Positions 1 to 8,543 of a stretch of 54,101 nt of DNA are shown one piece after another. The notes under the pieces were generated by a model, which was not told where the DNA came from, did not search any database, and was given only the letters and a program-made list of their open reading frames with translations. This stretch comes from Betaproteobacteria bacterium (lineage in GTDB: Bacteria > Pseudomonadota > Gammaproteobacteria > Burkholderiales > SG8-39): the NCBI GenBank assembly GCA_016868105.1, contig VGIA01000003.1, positions 1 through 54,101 of the forward strand, read 5' to 3'. Position 1 is the stretch's first letter. Every line of letters begins with the position of its first letter. Made by a program: the position numbers and the translations under genes.

Positions 1-1002
1 TTCGGCACGGTGTCGTACTTCGGGGTGGAAGTGTTCACCACCGGCATCTTCAAGGCCTGGATGTCCATGGGCGAGGTGACCACGGCGGCGCAACTGTCGG
101 CCTGCCTGCTCGTGTTTGTCGCCGTGCTGATCGCGCTCGAGCGCGCGAGCCGCGGGCGCGCCGGCTTCGCCAGCGCGACCCGCAAGCGCCCGGCCCCGCA
201 GCGCCTGTCGGGCGCCGCGGCATGGCTCGCGCTGGCCGCCTGCGCCATGCCGGTGCTGCTTGGCTTCGTGCTGCCGGCCGTGCTGCTCGCGAACCTGGCC
301 TGGGGCGAGCCGGTGTCCGGCGCGCGCCTGCGCGCGCTGGTGGGCAACAGCTTCACGCTGGCGGGCATCGCCGCGCTGCTGGGCGTGGCGCTGGCGACGG
401 CGATGGCCTACGCCGCGCGGCTTGCGCGCGGGCCCGGATCCGGGCCGGTTGCGCTCGCCAACCGCGCCGCCGCGCTGGGCTACGCCCTTCCCGGCGCGGT
501 GATCGCAGTCGGCGTGCTGGTGCCGCTGGGGCGCCTGGACAACTGGATCGCGGACGGGATCGAGGCGGCGACCGGCGCCAAGCCCGGGTTGCTCCTCACC
601 GGCACCATCGTCGCGCTGCTGTACGCGTATCTCGTGCGCTTCCTCGCGGTGGCGCTGCAGGCGGTGGAGGCGGGCCTGGCCAAAATCACCCCGCGCATGG
701 ACGACGCCGCGCGCAGCCTGGGCGCGAGCCCGGCCAAGACGCTGGTTCGCGTGCACGCACCGCTGCTCGCCTCAAGCCTCGCGAGCGCGGCCCTGCTCTT
801 GTTCGTGGACGTGATGAAGGAACTGCCGGCGACCTTCGCGCTGCGGCCCTTCAACTTCGACACCCTGGCGATCGAGGCCTACAACCTCGCCAAGGACGAG
901 CGCCTGGCCGAGGCCGCGGCGCCCTCGCTGCTGATCGTGGCGATCGGCCTGGTGCCGCTGCTGGTGGTGACCGGTCGCTATTTCCAGGCCACGCGATCGT
1001 AG
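1..1002 (+). CDS. Fe3+ ABC transporter permease (FbpB/FutB type), 5'-truncated by window edge
   Basis: Multi-TM protein with EAA-like loop (MDDAARSLGA) and FVDVMKELPATFALRPFNFDTLA motif; lies next to the Fe3+ binding protein. Confidence 0.88.
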   Translation, partial: FGTVSYFGVEVFTTGIFKAWMSMGEVTTAAQLSACLLVFVAVLIALERASRGRAGFASATRKRPAPQRLSGAAAWLALAACAMPVLLGFVLPAVLLANLAWGEPVSGARLRALVGNSFTLAGIAALLGVALATAMAYAARLARGPGSGPVALANRAAALGYALPGAVIAVGVLVPLGRLDNWIADGIEAATGAKPGLLLTGTIVALLYAYLVRFLAVALQAVEAGLAKITPRMDDAARSLGASPAKTLVRVHAPLLASSLASAALLLFVDVMKELPATFALRPFNFDTLAIEAYNLAKDERLAEAAAPSLLIVAIGLVPLLVVTGRYFQATRS

Positions 1003-1997
1003 ATCTTTTGCGAGCCGGGCTGGTTGCGGCCCAGCACCGCGACGTTGAGCGCGTCGCGCCTGAATTCGCCCAGGGCGCCGAGCACCGGGTTGGCGGTCTT
1101 CACGCCCGCCACCGCCGGCCACTCGTTGTTGCCCTCGGCGAAGTAGCGCTGCGCCTCGTCGCTCGCCAGGTACTCCAGGAACTTCACCGCCGCCTCGCGG
1201 TTGGGCGCGTGCTTCATCACCCCGGCGCCGGAGATGTTGACGTGCGTGCCGAAGCTCGCCTGGTTCGGGAACACCACGCCGATCCTCTCGAACACCGCCC
1301 GGTCCTCCGGCTTGCCCGAGCGCCCGAGGCGCGCGTAGTAGTACTGGTTGGACAGGGTGAGGTCGCACTCGCCGGCGGCCACGCTCTTCAACTGGTCGGT
1401 GTCGCCGCCCCTGGGCTCGCGCGCCAGGTTCGCCTTCACGCCCCGCGCCCAGGCCTCGGCCTTGGGCTCGCCCAGGTGGTCGATGAGCGCGCCCATCAGC
1501 GACAGGTTGTAGATGTTGGTGGAGGAGCGCATGCAGACGCGGCCCTTCCATTTCGGCTCGGCGAGCGACTCGTAGGTGGCGGCCTCCTCGGGCTTCACCT
1601 TCGCCCTGTTGTAGGCGATGAGGCGCGCGCGTAGCGAGAAGCCGAACCAGTGGCCGTTGGGCTCGCGCAGGCTGGCCGGGATGCGCTGCGCCAGCACCGC
1701 AGAGTTCACCGGTTGGAACAAGCCCAGTTGCTCGGCGCGCCAAAGGCGGCCGGCGTCCACGGTGATGAGGACATCGGCGGGGCTGCGCGCGCCTTCGTTG
1801 CGGAGGCGCTCGATGAGGGCTTCTTCGCCCGCCTCGATGCGATTGATCCTGATTCCCGTGGCCTTGGTGAATCCGGAGTAGAGCGCCTCGTCCGCCTGGT
1901 AGTGGCGCGAGGAGTACAGGTTGAGCACCTTGTCCTGGGCAATGGCGGATCCGGCAGTTGCGGCCAGGAGCGCGGCCAGGAGGATTATCTTCGCCAT
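978..1997 (-). CDS. Fe3+ ABC transporter periplasmic binding protein (FbpA/FutA type)
   Basis: Signal peptide MAKIILLAALLAATAGSAIAQ; LNLYSSRHY, SPADVLITVDAGRL, NQYYY motifs; ATG at 1997 preferred over TTG at 2021. Confidence 0.92.
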   Translation of the reverse strand: MAKIILLAALLAATAGSAIAQDKVLNLYSSRHYQADEALYSGFTKATGIRINRIEAGEEALIERLRNEGARSPADVLITVDAGRLWRAEQLGLFQPVNSAVLAQRIPASLREPNGHWFGFSLRARLIAYNRAKVKPEEAATYESLAEPKWKGRVCMRSSTNIYNLSLMGALIDHLGEPKAEAWARGVKANLAREPRGGDTDQLKSVAAGECDLTLSNQYYYARLGRSGKPEDRAVFERIGVVFPNQASFGTHVNISGAGVMKHAPNREAAVKFLEYLASDEAQRYFAEGNNEWPAVAGVKTANPVLGALGEFRRDALNVAVLGRNQPGSQKIYDRVAWK

Positions 1998-2034
1998 GAC
2001 AGTGACTGGGGTTCTTTCCAAGGAATCGGAAGCA

Positions 2035-2053
2035 AATGATAACGTTTCTCATT
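2035..2053. promoter_or_regulatory. Fur box upstream of the Fe3+ binding protein gene
   Basis: 19-bp AT-rich imperfect inverted repeat AATGATAACGTTTCTCATT, 37 nt upstream of the fbpA-like start. Confidence 0.85.
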
Positions 2054-2086
2054 AACATATGTCCATGAGAAGGGCTTGCAGTTAAT

Positions 2087-2299
2087 TCAGCTGCCCGGCT
2101 CGATCCACCGGACGCGGTCGAAGCGCAGGGTCCAGTAGGCGCCGCGGATGGGTTCGAGGCGCACCTGCGCGCCTGACTTGGACGCGTGCACGAACCGACC
2201 ATGGCCGATGCAGATGCCGACGTGGGAGAATGGGCGCTTGAGCGTGTTGTAGAACACCAGGTCGCCCGCCTGCAGTTGCGCGCGGCTGACCGGGTCAAG
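2087..2299 (-). pseudogene. C-terminal fragment of an NlpC/P60 (C40) peptidoglycan endopeptidase
   Basis: Hand translation: PVSRAQLQAGDLVFYNTLKRPFSHVGICIGHGRFVHASKSGAQVRLEPIRGAYWTLRF...; no start codon nearby and no N-terminal DCSG catalytic motif; runs into the helicase start. Confidence 0.8.
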
Positions 2300-2316
2300 G
2301 TTGAGGAGTCGCGGAA

Positions 2317-4236
2317 TTGATCCCGCTGCAGAGGATTTTCGCCGCCGCCGGACCGTTGGCGGCGCAGGTTCCCGGCTACAGCCCCCGTCCCCAGCAGCTG
2401 CAGATGGCGCAGGCGATCCTGGAGACCATCCAGTCCACCGGCATGCTCGCGGTGGAGGCGGGCACCGGCACCGGCAAGACCTTCGCGTACCTCGTGCCCG
2501 CGCTGCTCGCCGGCGGCAAGGTAATCGTCTCCACCGGGACCAAGACGCTGCAGGACCAGCTGCACCGGCGCGACCTGCCCGCGGTGCGCGAGTCCCTTGC
2601 CCTCGGCACCGCCAGCGCGCTGCTCAAAGGCCGTTCAAACTACGTTTGCCTGCATCGCCTCGAGCGCGCGGGCGACGAGGCGTGCTTCGCCTCGCGCGAG
2701 GACGCGGCGCGTCTGCGCCAGATCGAGGCCTTCGCGCGCACAAGTCTCTCCGGCGACCGCGCCGAGCTCGCCGAAGTTCCCGAGGACGCGCCGGTGTGGC
2801 AGCACGCCACCTCGACGCGCGAGAACTGCCTCGGCCAGGACTGCCCGAAGTACAGGGACTGCTTCGTCATGCGGGCGCGCAAGGAGGCGCAGGCCGCCGA
2901 CGTGGTGGTGATCAACCACCACTTGTTTTTCGCCGACGTGCTGCTGCGCGACGAAGGCGTGGCCGAGCTGCTGCCCGCGTGCAACACGGTGATCTTCGAC
3001 GAGGCGCACCAGCTGGCGCAAACCGCGCGCCTGTTCTTCGGCGACACGGTGGCGAGCGCGCAGCTGGTGGAGCTCGCGCGCGACTCGCGCCTGGAGCTGC
3101 GCGCGGCGGGCGGGGCCTCGCCCGATTTCGACGCCCTCGCGGCGCGCCTGGAGAAGGCGGCGCGCGACCTGCGCCTCGCGTTCGTCGGCGAGGGCATGCG
3201 CATCGCCTGGAGCCAGGCCATGTCGCGGGAGGGTTTCGCCGCCGCGTTGGACGCGGCCGCCGAGTGGCTGCACGCGCTGGAGGAGGCGCTGGCCGGCCAG
3301 GCCGAGCGCTCCGAGGGGCTCGCCGCCTGCCTGCGCCGGGCGGCGGAGGCGGGCGTGACGCTGGCCCGGATCCGGGCCGTCGAAGGCAAGGAGGAGGTGC
3401 GCTGGGTGGAAGTCTTTGGCGCCTCGCTGCAACTGCACGTGTCCCCGCTATCGCCCGCGGCGAAGTTCCGCAAGCAGATGCTGGACCACCCGCGCGCCTG
3501 GATTTTCACCTCCGCCACGCTCGCCGTGGGCGATGACTTCAGCCATTTCAAGCGAGAGCTGGGCATCGAGGAGGCAGCCTCTCGCGGCTGGCCGAGCCCG
3601 TTCGACTTCGAGCGCCAGTCGCTGCTGTACACGCCGCGTAACCTGCCCGCCGACCCCAACGACCCCGGATTTACCGCTGCGGTGATCGAGGCCGTGCTAC
3701 CGGTGCTGCGCGCAAGCGGTGGGCGCGCGTTCCTGCTCTTCACCACCCTGCGCGCGCTGCGTCGTGCGCACGAGCTGCTGAAGGACCGCATCGACTTTCC
3801 GCTGCTCGCGCAGGGCACGGGCTCCCGCAGCGAGCTGCTGGACCGCTTCCGGGCGCTGGGCAACGCGGTGCTGCTGGGGGCGGCCTCGTTCTGGGAGGGC
3901 GTAGATGTGCGCGGCGAGGCGCTGTCGGTGGTGCTGATCGATAAGCTGCCCTTCGCGCCACCGGACGATCCGGTACTGGCGGCGCGCATCGAGGCGCTGC
4001 GCGCCGCCGGTGGCAACCCGTTCCTGGAGGTCCAGTTGCCGCAGGCGGTGCTGCAGCTCAAGCAGGGCGCCGGGCGCCTGATCCGCGACGAGAACGACCG
4101 CGGCGTGCTGGTGCTGTGCGACCCGCGCCTGTATTCGAAGCCCTACGGGCGCGGCATCCGTGCCAGCCTTCCCCGAATGAAACAGAGCCGCGAACTGGCG
4201 GAGGTGGAGGCGTTCTTCGCTAGAATGGGAAAATGA
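2317..4236 (+). CDS. yoaA: ATP-dependent DNA helicase, DinG/YoaA family (Fe-S)
   Basis: EAGTGTGKT Walker A, DEAH, Fe-S cysteines, SFWEGVDV, QGAGRLIR; TTG start after GAGGAG. Confidence 0.9.
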   Translation: MIPLQRIFAAAGPLAAQVPGYSPRPQQLQMAQAILETIQSTGMLAVEAGTGTGKTFAYLVPALLAGGKVIVSTGTKTLQDQLHRRDLPAVRESLALGTASALLKGRSNYVCLHRLERAGDEACFASREDAARLRQIEAFARTSLSGDRAELAEVPEDAPVWQHATSTRENCLGQDCPKYRDCFVMRARKEAQAADVVVINHHLFFADVLLRDEGVAELLPACNTVIFDEAHQLAQTARLFFGDTVASAQLVELARDSRLELRAAGGASPDFDALAARLEKAARDLRLAFVGEGMRIAWSQAMSREGFAAALDAAAEWLHALEEALAGQAERSEGLAACLRRAAEAGVTLARIRAVEGKEEVRWVEVFGASLQLHVSPLSPAAKFRKQMLDHPRAWIFTSATLAVGDDFSHFKRELGIEEAASRGWPSPFDFERQSLLYTPRNLPADPNDPGFTAAVIEAVLPVLRASGGRAFLLFTTLRALRRAHELLKDRIDFPLLAQGTGSRSELLDRFRALGNAVLLGAASFWEGVDVRGEALSVVLIDKLPFAPPDDPVLAARIEALRAAGGNPFLEVQLPQAVLQLKQGAGRLIRDENDRGVLVLCDPRLYSKPYGRGIRASLPRMKQSRELAEVEAFFARMGK

Positions 4237-5198
4237 AGATACTGATCACCGGTGGCGGCGGCTTCCTCGGTTTCCGGCTGGCGAAGACCCTGCTCGCGCG
4301 CGGCACGCTGGGCGGCGAGCCGGTCACGTCCATTACCCTGCTCGATGGCGCCTTCCCGCCGGGCGCGGCCCAGCAGCCGCGCTTGAACGCGGTCACCGGC
4401 GACGTGTCGGACGCGGCGACGATCGCGAGGGTGTGCCCGCCGGACACCGACGCGGTGTTCCACCTCGCCGCGGTGGTGAGCGGCGCCGCCGAGGCCGACT
4501 TCGATCTTGGCATGCGCGTGAACTACAAGGGCATGGAACTGCTGCTGGCGCAAATGCGAAAGTGCGCGAAACCCGCGCGCCTGGTCTATACCAGCTCGGT
4601 GGCCGCCTTCGGCGGCGAGCTGCCGCCGGTGCTGGATGATTCCACCATCGCCAATCCGCAGACGTCCTACGGCGCGCAGAAGGTGATCGGCGAGTACCTG
4701 GTGTCGGACTACTCGCGCAAGGGCTTCATCGACGGCCGGTCGCTCAGGCTGCCCACGGTGGTGGTGCGCGCCGGCAAGCCCAATGCGGCGGCCTCGTCCT
4801 TCGCCAGCGGCATCATCCGCGAGCCGCTGAACGGCGTGGTGTCCGAGTGTCCGGTGGGGCCGGAGACCGGGGTCTGGCTGCTCTCGCCGGGGCGCGTGGT
4901 GGAGGCCTTCATCCACGCCTGGGAACTGCCGCCCGGGGCCTGGGGCACGCAGCGCTGGCTCAACCTGCCGGGCATCACCGCGACCGTGGCGCAGATGATC
5001 GCGGCCCTCGGCCGCGTGGCGGGCGACGAAGTGGCCAAGCGGGTGGTCTACAAGGCCGATGCGCGCATTCAGGCGATCGTGAAGACCTGGCCGGTGAACT
5101 TCCGCACGCCCCGTGCGCTGGCGATGGGCTTCAAGCCCGATCCGGACATGGAAAGCGTGATCCGCGCCTACATCGCGGACGAAAACATCAAGCTTTAG
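4233..5198 (+). CDS. denD: D-erythronate dehydrogenase-like NAD-dependent epimerase/dehydratase
   Basis: GGGGFLG, FHLAAVVSGAAEADFDLGMRVN, SYGAQK, GKPNAAASSFASGIIREPL. Confidence 0.8.
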   Translation: MKILITGGGGFLGFRLAKTLLARGTLGGEPVTSITLLDGAFPPGAAQQPRLNAVTGDVSDAATIARVCPPDTDAVFHLAAVVSGAAEADFDLGMRVNYKGMELLLAQMRKCAKPARLVYTSSVAAFGGELPPVLDDSTIANPQTSYGAQKVIGEYLVSDYSRKGFIDGRSLRLPTVVVRAGKPNAAASSFASGIIREPLNGVVSECPVGPETGVWLLSPGRVVEAFIHAWELPPGAWGTQRWLNLPGITATVAQMIAALGRVAGDEVAKRVVYKADARIQAIVKTWPVNFRTPRALAMGFKPDPDMESVIRAYIADENIKL

Positions 5199-6002
5199 TC
5201 ACCAATTGGGGTCCCAGAGCTTCCACCAGGGGGCGCGGGGCTTGTAGCCAGCGAGGTACTTGCTCTGGGGGAAGTTCTTGCGCATGACCCGGTCGGCGGC
5301 GTCGCGCAGGTCGGCCATGTTGAGCGCATCGTAGGCCTTGACCATGATGAACACCGCCTCCTCGACCGCGGGGGCCTGCGGGTAGTTCTGCACCGCGTAC
5401 TGCGCGCGGTTGGCGGCGGCGACGTAGGCGCCGCGCTTCATGTAGTAGCGTGCCACGTGCACCTCGTGCTGCGCCATCGCATTGACCAGGTAGCGCATCC
5501 GCGCCGCGGCGTCGTCGCGGTACTTGGAGTCCGGGAAGCGGTTCACCACTTCCTTGAAGGCCTCGAAGGAGTCCCGCGCGGACTTGGGGTCGCGCTCGGC
5601 CATGTCCGGGCTGTCCAGGATGCTGAGCAGGCCCTGGTTCTCGTTGAAGCTGACCAGGCCCTTCAGGTAATAGGCGTAGTCCACGCTGGCGTGGTCCGGG
5701 TACAGCTTGATGAAGCGGTCGGCCGCGGCCAGCGCCGAGGCGCGCTCGCCGGCCTTCCAGTAGACGTAGGCCACTTCGAGCTGCGCCTGCTGGGCGTAGC
5801 GCCCGTAGGGATAGCGCGCCTCCAGCTTCTCCAGCATCTTGATCGCGCGCTCGTACTGTTTCGCCGCCATCGCGTCCTTGGCCTCGCCGTACAGGCGCCG
5901 CGCCGACCAGCCGGCGGTCTCGTCGTCCTTGGGCAGCCCGCTGCAGGAGGCGAGCAGCAGCAGGCACAGGCTGGTCGCGACGGCTAGTACACTGCGTTTC
6001 AT
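5199..6002 (-). CDS. bamD: Outer membrane protein assembly factor BamD
   Basis: Lipobox LASC, TPR-like repeats (LEARYPYGRYAQQAQL), ARYYMKRGAYVAAANRA; divergent from rluD. Confidence 0.95.
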   Translation of the reverse strand: MKRSVLAVATSLCLLLLASCSGLPKDDETAGWSARRLYGEAKDAMAAKQYERAIKMLEKLEARYPYGRYAQQAQLEVAYVYWKAGERASALAAADRFIKLYPDHASVDYAYYLKGLVSFNENQGLLSILDSPDMAERDPKSARDSFEAFKEVVNRFPDSKYRDDAAARMRYLVNAMAQHEVHVARYYMKRGAYVAAANRAQYAVQNYPQAPAVEEAVFIMVKAYDALNMADLRDAADRVMRKNFPQSKYLAGYKPRAPWWKLWDPNW

Positions 6003-6963
6003 GGCGGAAAATTATACCGGCCCGGAAGACGAGGCCGAATGGGAGGACGCGTTCGTCGCCGCGGTCACGGTGCGGGTTCCCCGCGACCTGGGCGGGCAGC
6101 GGCTGGATCAGGCGCTGGCCAGAGTGTTCCCGCAGTATTCGCGCAGCCGCCTGCAGGTCTGGCTGAAATCGGGGCATATCCTGGTGAACGGCGGCGCGGC
6201 GCAGGCGAGTCTGCATGTCGCCGGCGACGAGGCGATCGAGCTGCGCCCGCCGCCGGCGGTGGACGTGGCCGCGCCACGGGCGCAGAAGATGGCCCTCGCG
6301 ATCGTGCACCAGGATGCGGACCTGATCGTCATCAACAAGCCCGCAGGGCTGGTGGTGCACCCTGGCGCCGGCAACCCCGAGGGCACACTCATGAACGGCC
6401 TGCTCGCGCACGCGCCCGAACTGCGCCAGGTGCCGCGCGCCGGCATCGTGCACCGGCTGGACAAGGACACCAGCGGCCTGCTGGTGGTGGCGGCCCACGT
6501 CAGCGCGCAGGCGAACCTTGCCGCGCAGCTTGCCGCGCGCAGCGTGAAGCGCCGCTACCTTGCGATGGTGCAGGGGGATCCGCCGGGCTCCGGCGCCATC
6601 GACGCCCCGATCGGGCGCGACCCGAAGCTGCGCACGCGCATGATGGTTTCGCAGCGCGGCAAGGAAGCGCGCACGCGCTATCGCGTACTGGAGCGCTTCG
6701 GCCATTGCGCGCTGGTCGAGTGCGCGCTGGACACCGGCCGCACTCACCAGATCCGGGTGCACTTCCAGCACATCCGCCATCCGTTGGTGGGCGAGCCGGT
6801 TTACCGCAGGGGCACGCGGCATGCGGTGCCCTTCCCGCGCCAGGCGCTGCACGCGGCGGAACTGGAACTGCTGCACCCGCGCACCGGCAAGCGCCTCGGC
6901 TGGAGCGCGCCGTTGCCGGCGGACATGAAGCAGCTCCTGGCGAGGCTGCGGCGTGACCGCTGA
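6001..6963 (+). CDS. rluD: 23S rRNA pseudouridine synthase RluD
   Basis: S4 domain (RLDQALA...SRSRLQ), NKPAGLVVHP, HRLDKDTSG, TGRTHQIRVH; ATG at 6001. Confidence 0.93.
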   Translation: MAENYTGPEDEAEWEDAFVAAVTVRVPRDLGGQRLDQALARVFPQYSRSRLQVWLKSGHILVNGGAAQASLHVAGDEAIELRPPPAVDVAAPRAQKMALAIVHQDADLIVINKPAGLVVHPGAGNPEGTLMNGLLAHAPELRQVPRAGIVHRLDKDTSGLLVVAAHVSAQANLAAQLAARSVKRRYLAMVQGDPPGSGAIDAPIGRDPKLRTRMMVSQRGKEARTRYRVLERFGHCALVECALDTGRTHQIRVHFQHIRHPLVGEPVYRRGTRHAVPFPRQALHAAELELLHPRTGKRLGWSAPLPADMKQLLARLRRDR

Positions 6964-7624
6964 TTGCCTGGGGCCGGAGTGGAAGGCGCCCGTCGCGGTG
7001 CGTGCGCTGGTCACCACGCGCGCCATCGGCGACATGCAGCAGGCGGCGGCGCGGGCGAGGCTGCGCGCGCTGCTGCCCGCCGCGCCGTGCTGGCTGCGGC
7101 AGGTGCACGGCACCGCCGTGCTGGAGGCGCCGTTCGAGGCGGGCGCCGAGGCGGATGCGAGCTTCACGCGCTCGCGCGGCGAAGTGTGCGCGGTCATGGT
7201 CGCCGACTGCATGCCGGTGCTGTTCGCCGCCGCCGACGGCAGCGCCGTCGGCGCCGCGCACGCGGGCTGGCGCGGGCTTTGCGCCGGCGTGATCGAGGAG
7301 ACGGTGGCGCGCATCGGCGTGCGCCCGTGCATGCTGCACGCTTGGCTCGGGCCGGCGATCGGCCCCGCCGCCTACGAGGTGGGCGAGGAAGTGCGCGCGG
7401 CGTTCGTCGCGCGCGACCCGGACGCGGCCAGCGCGTTCGCCGCTTCGCGCCCGGGCCATTGGCTGCTCGACCTGTACGGGGTCGCGCGCCAGCGCCTCGC
7501 CGCGCTCGGAGTCGAGCGGGTGTCCGGCGGCACACATTGCACGCACACCGAAGCGCAGCGTTTTTTCTCCTACCGGCGCGACCACGCCACCGAGCGCATG
7601 GCGGCACTGATATGGATCGCCTAG
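6953..7624 (+). CDS. pgeF: PgeF/YfiH laccase-domain protein
   Basis: WLRQVHG, ADCMPVL, AAHAGWRG, FFSYRRD; conserved position after rluD. Confidence 0.92.
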   Translation: MTADCLGPEWKAPVAVRALVTTRAIGDMQQAAARARLRALLPAAPCWLRQVHGTAVLEAPFEAGAEADASFTRSRGEVCAVMVADCMPVLFAAADGSAVGAAHAGWRGLCAGVIEETVARIGVRPCMLHAWLGPAIGPAAYEVGEEVRAAFVARDPDAASAFAASRPGHWLLDLYGVARQRLAALGVERVSGGTHCTHTEAQRFFSYRRDHATERMAALIWIA

Positions 7625-7651
7625 CGTCGATGCTGGATCGCCTGGCGTAGA
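7613..7651 (+). repeat. Imperfect 18-bp direct repeat (period 21) at the pgeF 3' end
   Basis: TGGATCGCCTAGCGTCGA (7613-7630) and TGGATCGCCTGGCGTAGA (7634-7651), 16/18 identical. Confidence 0.7.
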
Positions 7652-7665
7652 ATCGGCACCCCTGC

Positions 7666-8472
7666 ATGATGACCTCAACCCTGGGCTGGATCGTCGCGGC
7701 AAGCTTGGCAGGCGGAATCCTGTCTGCCGGCGCGGCCGCGTTCGCGCTCAACGTGCGCGCGTCCTGGGTGCCGATGCTGGTGTCCTTCGCCATCGGCACG
7801 CTGCTGGGGGCGGCGTTCCTGGAGGTGATTCCGCATGCGTTCGAGATCGGCGAGGCGGGCCAGGTGGCCGGCGCCATCCTGGCGGGCATCTTCGCCTTCT
7901 TCGTCATGGAGAAGCTGCTGCTGTGGCGCCACTGCCATACCGAGGCCTGCGAAGTGCACGATCCCCATGCGGCGCCGACGGTACCCGCGGCGCAGGCGCA
8001 CGGGCAGCAGCACGGCAGCCGCGCCGGCACCCTGATCGTGGTCGGCGACACGGTGCACAACTTCATCGACGGGGTGCTGATCGCGGTTGCGTTCCTGCAG
8101 AGCACCGAGCTGGGCATCGTCACCGCCATCGCCATCGTGGCGCACGAGATCCCGCAGGAAGTGGGCGATTTCCTGATCCTGCTGCATTCCGGGTACTCCA
8201 AGCTCAAGGCCTTGTGGGTGAACGTGATGTCCTCCTGCGCGATGCTGGTGGGCGGGGTCGTGGCCTATTTCGCTCTCCCGGCGTTCCGGGACCTGGAGCC
8301 GACGCTGCTCGGGATCGTCGCCGCCAGCATGATTTATGTCGCGGTCGCGGACCTCATTCCGGGCCTGCACCGGCGGCCGGAAATCCGTGCCACGCTGTCC
8401 CAGGTGGCGTTGATTGCGCTGGGTATCGGAACCATTGCCCTGGTGGCGGCGCTCTCGGGTCATTCCCATTAG
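7666..8472 (+). CDS. ZIP family metal transporter
   Basis: HNFIDG and HEIPQEVGD motifs, His/Cys-rich loop, about 8 TM segments. Confidence 0.92.
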   Translation: MMTSTLGWIVAASLAGGILSAGAAAFALNVRASWVPMLVSFAIGTLLGAAFLEVIPHAFEIGEAGQVAGAILAGIFAFFVMEKLLLWRHCHTEACEVHDPHAAPTVPAAQAHGQQHGSRAGTLIVVGDTVHNFIDGVLIAVAFLQSTELGIVTAIAIVAHEIPQEVGDFLILLHSGYSKLKALWVNVMSSCAMLVGGVVAYFALPAFRDLEPTLLGIVAASMIYVAVADLIPGLHRRPEIRATLSQVALIALGIGTIALVAALSGHSH

Positions 8473-8479
8473 CCCGGAT

Positions 8480-8512
8480 ATGAAAGTAAAATATAATATA
8501 ATCATGTAGTTG
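8480..8512 (+). promoter_or_regulatory. AT-rich promoter region with IHF-like site upstream of phaC
   Basis: TATAAT at 8494-8499; AATCATGTAGTTG (8500-8512) matches WATCAANNNNTTR with one mismatch and has an upstream A/T tract. Confidence 0.5.
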
Positions 8513-8543
8513 AGCATGATTACCGCGATCCGCGGCAGGCCGA

